The notes beneath the pieces were generated by a model. The model saw only the letters and a program-made list of their open reading frames with translations, did no database searches and had not been told where the DNA came from. Both the position numbers and the translations under genes were made by a program. Shown in pieces: positions 10,374 to 18,246 of a stretch of 64,000 nucleotides of DNA (positions are counted from its first letter, which is position 1; the number at the start of each line of letters is the position of its first letter). Source of the DNA: a candidate division NC10 bacterium CSP1-5 (GTDB lineage Bacteria > Methylomirabilota > Methylomirabilia > Methylomirabilales > CSP1-5); NCBI GenBank assembly GCA_001443495.1, contig LDXR01000017.1, forward strand, positions 2,384 to 66,383, in the 5' to 3' direction.

Positions 10374-11321
10374 ATGAAAGCCCGGATCCTCGTTGCCGAC
10401 GATAGCGCCACCATGCAAAGGGTGGTAGAGCTTGCCCTCAATCGCGTTGGGGTAGAGCTCGTCCAGGCCCGAAGCGCTGAGGAAGCCATGCGCAAGGTCA
10501 GAGACGTGAAGCCCGACCTGATGCTGATTGACCATTCCATGCCGGATCGGTCAGGCCAGGACCTCTGCGCGACGTTCCGGAAGGACCCTAAATTGAAAGG
10601 CATTCCGATCATCTTGATGGCGGGGGTCTCGAGTCCCGTCGACGCGGCGGCGGTCCAGCGGGTCGGGGCCAGTGACGTCGTGACCAAACCCTTTGACTCC
10701 CAGACCCTCATTGGGAAGGTAAAGCAATTCCTGCTTGGCGCGGCTCCCCAGGACGAGGCGGGTCTGATGACGGAGAGGGCCGCGGGACCAGAAGCCCTTG
10801 GCGACGAGCCTCCAGAAATGTTGGGCGAGGAGATCAGGCTTCCGGCCGATGTCATGACCCAGGTCCAGGCGCCGTCGGACGAGTCCATCCCCACGTACGA
10901 GCTGCCTGTGACAGAAGGGGAGGAGCTTGCGCTGGGGAAGCCGGTCCACGAGGATACGCAGTTCACCTCCGGGGTCAGGGACCTCAGATTCGAGGATATG
11001 GCAGCCGCTGTAGGGGTCGGGAGACCCGGGGCGCGCACCCGAGACGAGCGGACGGGAGAACCAGCGGGGAGGGCGCAGACGGGCCGGGAAGCACCGGCGG
11101 TGCCAGCGGGCCACCAGACCCTGACCGTCCCGCCCGACATGGTCAAGACGTTAGCCCGCGAGGTGGCGGAGCGGGTCGCCACCCTTTTGGTCCGGGAGCT
11201 CAGGGCAGACCTCCTCGACCGGGTGAATAAGGTCCTTTGGGAGGTGGTCCCCGACCTGGCCGAGCAGTTAATCAGTCAGGAACTCCAACGGATCCGGGAG
11301 CTCGTCGAGGGGAAGCAGTAA
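10374..11321 (+). CDS. response regulator: receiver domain plus uncharacterised C-terminal region
   Basis: ATG 10374 follows AAAAGGAG. REC domain (ILVADDSATMQ..DLMLIDHSMPDRSG..KPF), a Pro/Glu/Ala-rich linker, and a helical C-terminal ~60 aa (VAERVATLLVRELRADLLDRVNKVLWEVVPDLAEQLI). No recognisable DNA-binding output domain. Confidence 0.8.
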   Translation: MKARILVADDSATMQRVVELALNRVGVELVQARSAEEAMRKVRDVKPDLMLIDHSMPDRSGQDLCATFRKDPKLKGIPIILMAGVSSPVDAAAVQRVGASDVVTKPFDSQTLIGKVKQFLLGAAPQDEAGLMTERAAGPEALGDEPPEMLGEEIRLPADVMTQVQAPSDESIPTYELPVTEGEELALGKPVHEDTQFTSGVRDLRFEDMAAAVGVGRPGARTRDERTGEPAGRAQTGREAPAVPAGHQTLTVPPDMVKTLAREVAERVATLLVRELRADLLDRVNKVLWEVVPDLAEQLISQELQRIRELVEGKQ

Positions 11322-11337
11322 GCAGGGCGACCGTTCC

Positions 11338-11378
11338 GGGGTGGGAGGGAGATCCCCTCGCACCCCGATTTTTTATTT
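11338..11378 (+). terminator. rho-independent terminator after the response regulator
   Basis: Nested GC stem GGGGTG-G-GAGGG-AGATC-CCCTC-G-CACCCC followed by GATTTTTTATTT. Confidence 0.7.
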
Positions 11379-11388
11379 GGAGGCTCGA

Positions 11389-14151
11389 GTGAGCGAGCGG
11401 AGTGGCCACGGCTACGATCCTCGCGATGTGGAGCCCCGCTGGTACGCCCTCTGGGAACGTCAGGGCTTCTTCCACGCCGATCCTGGCTCCCCACGGGCTC
11501 CCTATACCATCGTCATTCCCCCTCCGAACATCACCGGCTCCCTCCACATGGGGCACGCGCTGAACAATACTCTCCAGGATGTTCTCATCCGGTGGCGCAG
11601 AATGGCGGGCGATAACACCCTGTGGATGCCCGGGACGGATCATGCGGGCATCGCGACCCAGAACGTGGTAGAGCGTCAGCTGCTCGCCGAGGGACTCACC
11701 CGACAGCAGATCGGACGGGAGGCCTTCGTCGCCCGGGTCTGGCGGTGGCGGGAGCAGTCGGGAGGGACCATCATCAACCAGCTTAAGAAGCTGGGGGCCT
11801 CCTGCGACTGGGTCCGCGAAGTCTTTACCATGGATGGGCCACGCCAGAAGGCGGTGCTGGAAGTCTTTGCCCGTCTCTGGGAGGATGGGCTCTTGTACCG
11901 GGCGGAGCGGCTGGTGAACTGGTGCCCGCGCTGCGAAACCGCGCTGGCCGATATCGAGGTCGTGCATGAGGAGATCGACGGCACCCTGTGGCACATCCGG
12001 TATCCCTTCGCGGCGGATCCCAAGAGTGGAGTGGTGGTCGCCACCACGCGGCCCGAGACGATGCTGGCGGACACGGCCGTCGCCGTGCACCCGGAGGACC
12101 CCCGCTATGCGAAGGCTGTCGGCAAGCACGTCATCCTCCCGCTGGTGGGCCGGAAGCTGCCCGTGATCGCGGATCCATATGTGTCGCGCGAGTTCGGGAC
12201 CGGAGCCCTCAAGATCACTCCCGGCCACGACTTCAACGACTCCGAGATGGGCCAACGGCACGGTCTGCGCGTCATCGCTACCCTCTTGCCGGACGGAACG
12301 CTGAATGAAGAGTTCCTCACCGACGCCAGCGGGGAGGTGCGCCAACGCCTGCAGCCGCTGATTGGTCTGGACCGCTTCGAAGTCCGGCGGAGGGTGCTTG
12401 ATGACCTCCGCCGAGAGGGCGTCCTGCTCAAGGAGGAGCCGTACCGGTACGCATTGGGCCGGTGCTATCGGTGCCAGACTGTCGTCGAGCCGTTCCCCAC
12501 GCCGCAATGGTTCATCCGGACGAAGCCGCTGGCCGAGCCGGCCATCCGCGTGGTCGAAGAGGGCCGCGTGCGCATCATCCCGCCGCAGTGGGAAAAAAAC
12601 TACTTCGAGTGGATGCAAAACATCAAGGACTGGTGCATCTCCCGGCAAATCTGGTGGGGGCACCAGATTCCGGCCTGGTACTGCGGGTCGTGCGATGTCG
12701 GCAATATCGTTCCGGCTGCAGAGGGAGGATATTCCATCGGCCGCGACGCCCGGCCGATCGTGGCCCGCGAGAGGCCGACAGGGTGTCCGCGCTGCGGGGG
12801 CCAGGAGCTCGTGCAAGATCCCGACGTCCTCGACACCTGGTTCAGCTCCGCCCTCTGGCCCTTCTCGACCCTCGGCTGGCCGGAGCAGACCAAGGAGCTG
12901 CAGGTCTTTTACCCCACGACCGTTCTGGTCACCGCGTTTGACATCCTCTTCTTTTGGGTCGCGCGGATGATCATGATGGGGCTGAAATGCATGGAGGACG
13001 TCCCCTTCCACCAGGTCTATATCCATGCCCTGGTCCGGGATCCGGAGGGGCAGAAGATGTCCAAGTCCAAGGGGAACGTCATCGACCCGCTCGTCGTGAT
13101 CGAGCGGTACGGCGCCGACGCCCTGCGATGTACCCTCACCGCCCTGATTGCCCAGGGACGAGATGTCAGGCTCTCGGAAGAACGGATCGAGGGGTATCAA
13201 CACTTCTGTAACAAGATCTGGAACGCCTTTCGCTTCGTGGGTCTCCATCTCAGTCCGGACGATGCCGAGGCCCTCAAGAGGGAAGGGCCGCCGCCCCCGG
13301 CGGACCTTGCAGATCGGTGGATCGTGAGCCGCCTGCAGGAGGTGATTGCGTCGGTGACCCAGGCGTTGGAGACCTTCCGGTTCAGCGATGCCGCCTCCCA
13401 CCTCTATCAGTTCCTCTGGCACGAGTATTGCGACTGGTATCTGGAGTTCGTCAAGGTCAGGCTCACCACGGACGGAGACCAAGCAGCGGCCAGGACCGGT
13501 CGTCTCCTCCTGGTCCATGTGTTGGAGGTGTCGCTCAGGCTGCTGCATCCCATCATGCCCTTTATCACCGAGGAGATCTGGCAGCATCTGCCCCATCCGT
13601 CGGGAGCTCCCTCGAGCGTGATGATCGCCCCCTGGCCCGTTGCAGAGCCGTCCCGTGTTGATCCGGAGGCCGTGCGAAAGATGGACCGGGTCATGGCAGT
13701 GATCCGGGCCATCCGGAACATCCGATCCGAGGTGCGGATTCCAACCAATGCCTCGCCGATGGTACTGGTGAAGATCGGGCAAGAGGAGGATGCGTCACTC
13801 CTCGCAAGCGCTGAGACCTACGTTCGGCAGTTAGCCCGGGCGAGGGAGGTGCGGGTCGGGCGGACCCTCGAGCGGCCCCGCCGTTCAGCGGTAGCCGTAA
13901 CTGCCGGGATGGAGATCTACATCCCCCTCGAGGGGCTGATCGATATCGCAGCGGAGGCGCAGCGCGTCGACCGAGAGCTCCAGAAGGTAGCACAGGAGCT
14001 CGAGCGGGTGAACCGCAAGCTCAGCAACAGAGACTTTCTCGCCCGGGCACCGGCAGAGGTGGTGGCCAAGGAGCGGGAGACCCAGCGGGAGTTGGGGGAG
14101 GCCTCGGAGAAACTCGCGAGGCACCTCGGCGTGCTGCGAGATGAACGGTAA
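11389..14151 (+). CDS. valS: valine--tRNA ligase
   Basis: GTG 11389 follows GGAGG. PPPNITGSLHMGHAL (HIGH), KMSKSKGN (KMSKS) and a C-terminal coiled coil are present. Confidence 0.95.
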   Translation: MSERSGHGYDPRDVEPRWYALWERQGFFHADPGSPRAPYTIVIPPPNITGSLHMGHALNNTLQDVLIRWRRMAGDNTLWMPGTDHAGIATQNVVERQLLAEGLTRQQIGREAFVARVWRWREQSGGTIINQLKKLGASCDWVREVFTMDGPRQKAVLEVFARLWEDGLLYRAERLVNWCPRCETALADIEVVHEEIDGTLWHIRYPFAADPKSGVVVATTRPETMLADTAVAVHPEDPRYAKAVGKHVILPLVGRKLPVIADPYVSREFGTGALKITPGHDFNDSEMGQRHGLRVIATLLPDGTLNEEFLTDASGEVRQRLQPLIGLDRFEVRRRVLDDLRREGVLLKEEPYRYALGRCYRCQTVVEPFPTPQWFIRTKPLAEPAIRVVEEGRVRIIPPQWEKNYFEWMQNIKDWCISRQIWWGHQIPAWYCGSCDVGNIVPAAEGGYSIGRDARPIVARERPTGCPRCGGQELVQDPDVLDTWFSSALWPFSTLGWPEQTKELQVFYPTTVLVTAFDILFFWVARMIMMGLKCMEDVPFHQVYIHALVRDPEGQKMSKSKGNVIDPLVVIERYGADALRCTLTALIAQGRDVRLSEERIEGYQHFCNKIWNAFRFVGLHLSPDDAEALKREGPPPPADLADRWIVSRLQEVIASVTQALETFRFSDAASHLYQFLWHEYCDWYLEFVKVRLTTDGDQAAARTGRLLLVHVLEVSLRLLHPIMPFITEEIWQHLPHPSGAPSSVMIAPWPVAEPSRVDPEAVRKMDRVMAVIRAIRNIRSEVRIPTNASPMVLVKIGQEEDASLLASAETYVRQLARAREVRVGRTLERPRRSAVAVTAGMEIYIPLEGLIDIAAEAQRVDRELQKVAQELERVNRKLSNRDFLARAPAEVVAKERETQRELGEASEKLARHLGVLRDER

Positions 14152-14160
14152 CCGCGCTAA

Positions 14161-14254
14161 CGCTAAGCTGTCAGCGGTCAGCCGTCGGCTGTCAGCAATT
14201 TCCGGAGGGGAAATGGTATCCGTGCGGACTGCCGATAGCTGCCAGCCGACAGCT
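14161..14254. repeat. heptamer array locus B (CTGTCAG-type arms, inverted)
   Basis: Left arm: CGCTAAG CTGTCAG CGGTCAG CCGTCGG CTGTCAG (14161-14195). Core: AATTTCCGGAGGGGAAATGG. Right arm: GACTGCC GATAGCT GCCAGCC GACAGCT (14227-14254). The array ends 2 nt before the coaX ATG. Confidence 0.9.
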
Positions 14255-14256
14255 TC

Positions 14257-15029
14257 ATGGTAGCTATGTTGCTCGCGATCGACATCGGCAACACCAACAT
14301 CGTGCTCGGGCTCTTTCGGGAGCGGGAGCTCTTGCACCATTGGCGCGTCGGCACGCGGCGGGACGGCACAGCCGACGAGTACGGGATTCTTCTCAAGAAT
14401 CTCTTCGAGGTGGTGGGGATCCATCCCTCCGCTGTGAGCGGCGTGATCATCGCATCGGTGGTCCCGCCGCTCCAGCCCGTCTTTGAAGAGTTGACCAGCG
14501 CCCACTTCCGTTTGGGTCCGGTCGTGGTGGGACCCGGGATCCGGACCGGGATGCCCATCCTCTACGACAATCCGCGCGAGGTGGGGGCGGACCGCATCGT
14601 GAATGCGGTCGCGGCCTATGAGACGTACGGCGGCCCGGCGATCGTGGTCGATTTTGGCACGGCCACCACGTTCGATGCGATCTCCGCAAAGGGAGAGTAT
14701 CTCGGGGGCGTGATCGCGCCCGGAATCGGGATATCGGCTGAGGCCCTCTTTGAGCGGGCCGCCAAGTTGCCGCGGGTTGAAATCGTGCGCCCCAAAGCGG
14801 TCATTGGGAAGAATACCGTGGGCAGCATGCAGTCGGGCCTGTTCTACGGATATCTCAGTCTCGTGGACGGGATTGTGCGCCGGATGGTCCAGGAGATGGA
14901 GCGGGAACCGGCGGTCATCGGCACGGGCGGCCTGGCCCATCTGATCCTGGCGAGTCCGAGACGGTCCAGCACATTGACGCCTTCCTCACCCTCAAGGGCC
15001 TCCAGATCGTCTACGACCGCAACCGCTAA
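14257..15029 (+). CDS. coaX: type III pantothenate kinase, reading frame interrupted near 14947-14952
   Basis: N-terminus [16 protein letters not shown] and [11 protein letters not shown] are in the frame of ATG 14257. The canonical C-terminus [25 protein letters not shown] sits in another frame (14952-15029). The track ORF instead runs to 15096 with a low-complexity S/P/R/T tail. Confidence 0.8.
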
Positions 15030-15078
15030 CCCTACGCATAGAGAATTAACTGAGCGGCTCCCACTTCCGTCAACGCCG

Positions 15079-15131
15079 GGATATACAGCGGGCTAATATC
15101 TGGATATACTGCCGCCCCAGACGGTATATCC
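15079..15131. repeat. three copies of GGATATAC (two direct, one inverted) at about 22-bp spacing
   Basis: GGATATAC at 15079-15086 and 15102-15109, and GGTATATCC at 15123-15131. They sit immediately upstream of a promoter-like element. Confidence 0.8.
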
Positions 15132-15145
15132 GCGGGACGAGGGGC

Positions 15146-15174
15146 TTGACAAAAGGCCCCAAGTGGCTGATATT
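15146..15174 (+). promoter_or_regulatory. sigma70-like promoter candidate for the islet gene pair
   Basis: TTGACA (15146-15151), a 17-nt spacer, then GATATT (15169-15174). A 5'-UTR hairpin GGGATAG-N10-CTATCCC lies at 15212-15235. Confidence 0.4.
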
Positions 15175-15301
15175 ACGGCTGTTTTCGGTAGGAAGGGATA
15201 CCACCGGGAACGGGATAGACTGCGCAGCCTATCCCGGATGTCAGACGGTTCACTTAATTGTTCGGCGCACCAGCGGTGGCATCAGGAGGCATGAGGGCTA
15301 C

Positions 15302-15928
15302 ATGGGTTGGTTGTCCAGACTCGCTGGGCTTACTGAGCACCTCAAACTTGACGTTCTGATGAAGTTCGACATCGGGAGCGGGCAAGGTGTCGCGGCCCTT
15401 CGCTGGATCGTCACGCGGCCACACGCCTCACTGTCGGATGAACAGAGCAGGATCGCACTCGTCGCATTGCTATACGCGCGAACCTTGGTCAACCACCAAG
15501 AGACCCGTGGTGAGCTGTTCGACCGCATGGCACACGCCGCGCGGCGTGCACTGCAAGGCGATGGCAATCTGACTTTCGAACCGTGGAAGCTCCACGTCGC
15601 AGGCAAGGACTTCTCGATCTGGCCTTGGGTCCTCACGGAGCCGGGGCGGGTCACCGACGCTAGGACCTACACGGCCACGCTCCAGTCAACGTCTGGCGGC
15701 TCGCTGGCAATTCACTTGAAGATGGCGCTCGGACAGGTGCGAATCCTTGCCCCATCCTCAGCGTTGATCGCAGCGTTTGGGCTGGCGAGAGCCCTCAACG
15801 ACACCGACTGCACCCGCTTGGCCGAAGTCCTTCTAGGAATCAACGCGCACTACCGGTCATCTGACAGCATCAGCCTGGGTTCGGAACGAAGCGCACTGGC
15901 AACGGCTATGCCTGCGCTGGTGCGGTAG
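15302..15928 (+). CDS. hypothetical protein (208 aa), no recognisable domain
   Basis: ATG 15302 lies downstream of AGGAGG (15284-15289). Non-repetitive, soluble-looking sequence. It is followed after 8 nt by a membrane-protein gene. Confidence 0.5.
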   Translation: MGWLSRLAGLTEHLKLDVLMKFDIGSGQGVAALRWIVTRPHASLSDEQSRIALVALLYARTLVNHQETRGELFDRMAHAARRALQGDGNLTFEPWKLHVAGKDFSIWPWVLTEPGRVTDARTYTATLQSTSGGSLAIHLKMALGQVRILAPSSALIAAFGLARALNDTDCTRLAEVLLGINAHYRSSDSISLGSERSALATAMPALVR

Positions 15929-15936
15929 GAGGACGG

Positions 15937-16431
15937 ATGACAATCAGCGAACACGAACGCGCGCTCCGCCTGTCGATGGCGCACGACATGGGCCGCGTTT
16001 TCGGGCGAATCACCTTCAGGATAGCGCCCGCGCTACTCCTTGTTTTCGGGTATGGGATCGTCAACCTCGTCAGCCTGGGGACTGCCCCAAGACACTATTG
16101 GCAAACGTACGTCCCGCTCGTCGGTGCTGGTGCCTCGCTCTTGTCCTGCATCTTCTACCCGATGGCAATGTTCTACGGCCGAAGCTGGCTCTCGGCATCG
16201 ATGGCGATCACCGGATTCATCCCATACGTCTTCGCGCTCTTCGTGATGGTCGTTTTCGGCGGCATACGGCTCTACGGCTTGCTCTCTGGATTCTCGATTT
16301 TCGGTCTTCTGGGCGGCCTCTTCTGGCTCATCGTCGGCTACGCCATCCTGTACAACTTCTGGGTCTTCACCGAGGTAGTCGCGAGTGCTGCCAAGGCGCG
16401 AACGCGTGTGCTTGAGTCGCTTGAGAACTGA
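15937..16431 (+). CDS. hypothetical integral membrane protein (164 aa, about 4 TM helices)
   Basis: ATG follows GGAGGACGG. There are four long hydrophobic segments. No homology recognised. Confidence 0.55.
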   Translation: MTISEHERALRLSMAHDMGRVFGRITFRIAPALLLVFGYGIVNLVSLGTAPRHYWQTYVPLVGAGASLLSCIFYPMAMFYGRSWLSASMAITGFIPYVFALFVMVVFGGIRLYGLLSGFSIFGLLGGLFWLIVGYAILYNFWVFTEVVASAAKARTRVLESLEN

Positions 16432-16481
16432 AGCTCGCGCTCGGACTTGAGGGCGGAAAAAGGTGTCAGGAACCTTTTTTA

Positions 16482-16510
16482 TTGACGGGGAGGGTGGGTG
16501 AAGCTAGGCT
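16482..16510 (+). promoter_or_regulatory. promoter candidate for the RAYT gene (would give a near-leaderless mRNA)
   Basis: TTGACG, a 17-nt spacer, then TAGGCT ending 8 nt before ATG 16519. No SD is visible. Confidence 0.3.
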
Positions 16511-16518
16511 AGGGTCCC

Positions 16519-17214
16519 ATGGGACGTCCGTTACGTGCCGCTGTCGGCGGCGTGATCTACCACGTGTTGAACCGGGCGAATGGCGGGCTGCAGCTCTTTG
16601 AGAAAGCCGGGGACTACGGGGCGTTCGAGCGGGTCTTCGAGGAGGCTCACGAGCGGATCCCGATGCGGACCCTAGCGTATTGCCTCATGCCGAATCATTG
16701 GCATCTGGTGCTGTGGCCACGGCGTGACGGCGACCTCTCGCAGTTTCTGGCGTGGGTGACGCTGACGCACACGCAACGCTGGCATGCGCACCGCAAGACG
16801 ACGGGCCAGGGGCATGTGTACCAGGGCCGGTTCAAGGCATTTCCTCTGCAAAGGGATGAGCATTTCCTGGCAGTATGCCGGTATGTGGAGCGGAATCCCT
16901 TGAGGGCGGGGTTCGTAGTGAGAGCCGAAGAGTGGCGGTGGTCAAGCCTGTGGTGGCGGAGGGCTGGCGCCGCTTCGAAGCGGCGCTGGTTGGCCGAGTG
17001 GCCTATTCCACGGCCAGCGCGGTGGGTGAACTGGGTGAACGAGCCGCAGACGGGCACGGAACTTGAAGCACTGCGCCGGTGTGTCACGCGGGGGCAGCCC
17101 TTCGGCTCGGAGGCATGGGTGCGGCGCACGGCGCTCCGCTTGGGCCTCGAAGTGACGTTACGCCCTCGCGGGCGCCCGACAAGGGAGGGTAGGGGGCCAC
17201 GAAAAGGTTCCTGA
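16519..17214 (+). CDS. REP-associated tyrosine transposase (IS200-like Y1 HUH family)
   Basis: HUH motif in LMPNHWHLVLWP and the catalytic Tyr region CRYVERNPLRAG. 231 aa. Confidence 0.85.
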   Translation: MGRPLRAAVGGVIYHVLNRANGGLQLFEKAGDYGAFERVFEEAHERIPMRTLAYCLMPNHWHLVLWPRRDGDLSQFLAWVTLTHTQRWHAHRKTTGQGHVYQGRFKAFPLQRDEHFLAVCRYVERNPLRAGFVVRAEEWRWSSLWWRRAGAASKRRWLAEWPIPRPARWVNWVNEPQTGTELEALRRCVTRGQPFGSEAWVRRTALRLGLEVTLRPRGRPTREGRGPRKGS

Positions 17215-17216
17215 CA

Positions 17217-17280
17217 CCTTTTCCGCCTCCTTTTCCGCCTGCACCTTTTCCGCCCACCTTTTCCGCCCTTTCCGCCTTCC
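17217..17280. repeat. tandem CCTTTTCCGCC array (4 full copies plus 1 degenerate)
   Basis: Copies at 17217-17227, 17229-17239, 17244-17254 and 17257-17267, plus a degenerate copy at 17268-17276. Confidence 0.9.
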
Positions 17281-17398
17281 TGCTGCTGACGTGGGGGACG
17301 CGAGGGGTCCGGACCACTCGCCTGGCAGCTCGCGGTCCGGGTCGGCATCGTGGTCGCGCAGCAGAGCGGCAGATCCGTTCGACTGAGGAAGACGAGAC

Positions 17399-18202
17399 AT
17401 GATCGGAGCCGTTGCCGGAGACATCATTGGATCGGTATATGAGCGCTGCCCGATCAAGACCAAGGACTTCCCGCTTTTTCACCCTGATTGTCACTTCACC
17501 GACGACACAGTGCTGACTCTGGCCATTGCCGATGCCATTCTCACAGGTCGCTCATACTTGCGCTCGGTCCTGGAGATTGGCCGGCGTTATCCCGGCGCCG
17601 GGTATAGCGGCACATTCAGGCGCTGGCTACATTCCGAGAATCCCCAGCCCTACAGCAGTTGGGGAAACGGCGCAGCGATGCGCGTTAGTCCCGTGGGCTT
17701 CGCCTTCTCGACAGATAACGAGGTGCTGCAGCAAGCAGCCGAGACCGCCCGGATCTCACACAGCCACCCAGAAGGCATCAAAGGAGCGGAGGCGACGGCT
17801 CTTGCAGTGTTTCTCGCCCGAACATCCCGCGACAAGCAGCAGATCAGACAAGAGATTACGGATCGGTTCGGATACGACTTGAACCGAACCGTTGAGGACA
17901 TCCGTCCGAAGTACTCTTTTGATGTCTCCTGTCAGGGGACAGTACCCGAGGCCATCATTGCGTTCCTCGATTCCATCTCATACGAGGATGCCGTACGCAA
18001 TGCCATCTCACTTGGCGGCGATAGCGACACCCTAGCCTGCATAACGGGTGGCATTGCGGAAGCATTCTACGGCGGCATACCCCCCGACATCCCAACCCGG
18101 GTGCAGCAGTGCCTCACTCCAGACTTGTGGCGGGTGGTCGAGGAATTCTGCCAGAAGTACGGGACAGAGAAGTCGAACCAAGGAGTGCAGGCGACGCCGT
18201 GA
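17399..18202 (+). CDS. ADP-ribosylglycohydrolase family protein
   Basis: ARH-fold metal-site motifs FTDDTVLTLA and GGDSDTLACITGGIAEAFYG. 267 aa. GAGGAAG RBS. Confidence 0.9.
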   Translation: MIGAVAGDIIGSVYERCPIKTKDFPLFHPDCHFTDDTVLTLAIADAILTGRSYLRSVLEIGRRYPGAGYSGTFRRWLHSENPQPYSSWGNGAAMRVSPVGFAFSTDNEVLQQAAETARISHSHPEGIKGAEATALAVFLARTSRDKQQIRQEITDRFGYDLNRTVEDIRPKYSFDVSCQGTVPEAIIAFLDSISYEDAVRNAISLGGDSDTLACITGGIAEAFYGGIPPDIPTRVQQCLTPDLWRVVEEFCQKYGTEKSNQGVQATP

Positions 18203-18246
18203 CCCGCGCGCCTGACTCTTGTTGGGGGAGGGACGAGGGTCGGACA

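Larger units (their letters stand above)
16452..17280 (+). mobile_element. RAYT/REP-like unit: Y1 transposase gene bracketed by inverted hairpin repeats plus an 11-nt tandem array
   Basis: Left GGCGGAAAAAGGTGTCAGGAACCTTTT (16452-16478) and right AAAAGGTTCCTGACACCTTTTCCGCC (17202-17227) are reverse complements apart from one T. Each contains the hairpin AAAAGGT-N7-ACCTTTT. Confidence 0.7.

Noticed and set aside
11272-13782. An 836-aa ORF antisense to valS. Similar long antisense ORFs occur at 7758-9158, 13885-14940, 28805-30175, 30430-31734, 33545-34567, 35005-36117, 36124-37350, 44264-45673, 6020-7036 and 52781-53758.
   Set aside because: All lie opposite genes with unmistakable family signatures. 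Their products are R/G/P/H/D-rich low-complexity sequences with no motifs. Such stop-free antisense frames are expected in GC-rich DNA.
15030-15301. Looked for a tRNA or attachment site at the left edge of the accessory islet.
   Set aside because: There is no cloverleaf-compatible sequence (no GGTTCGAATCC-like T-arm). There is no direct repeat shared with the right edge at 18778-18850.
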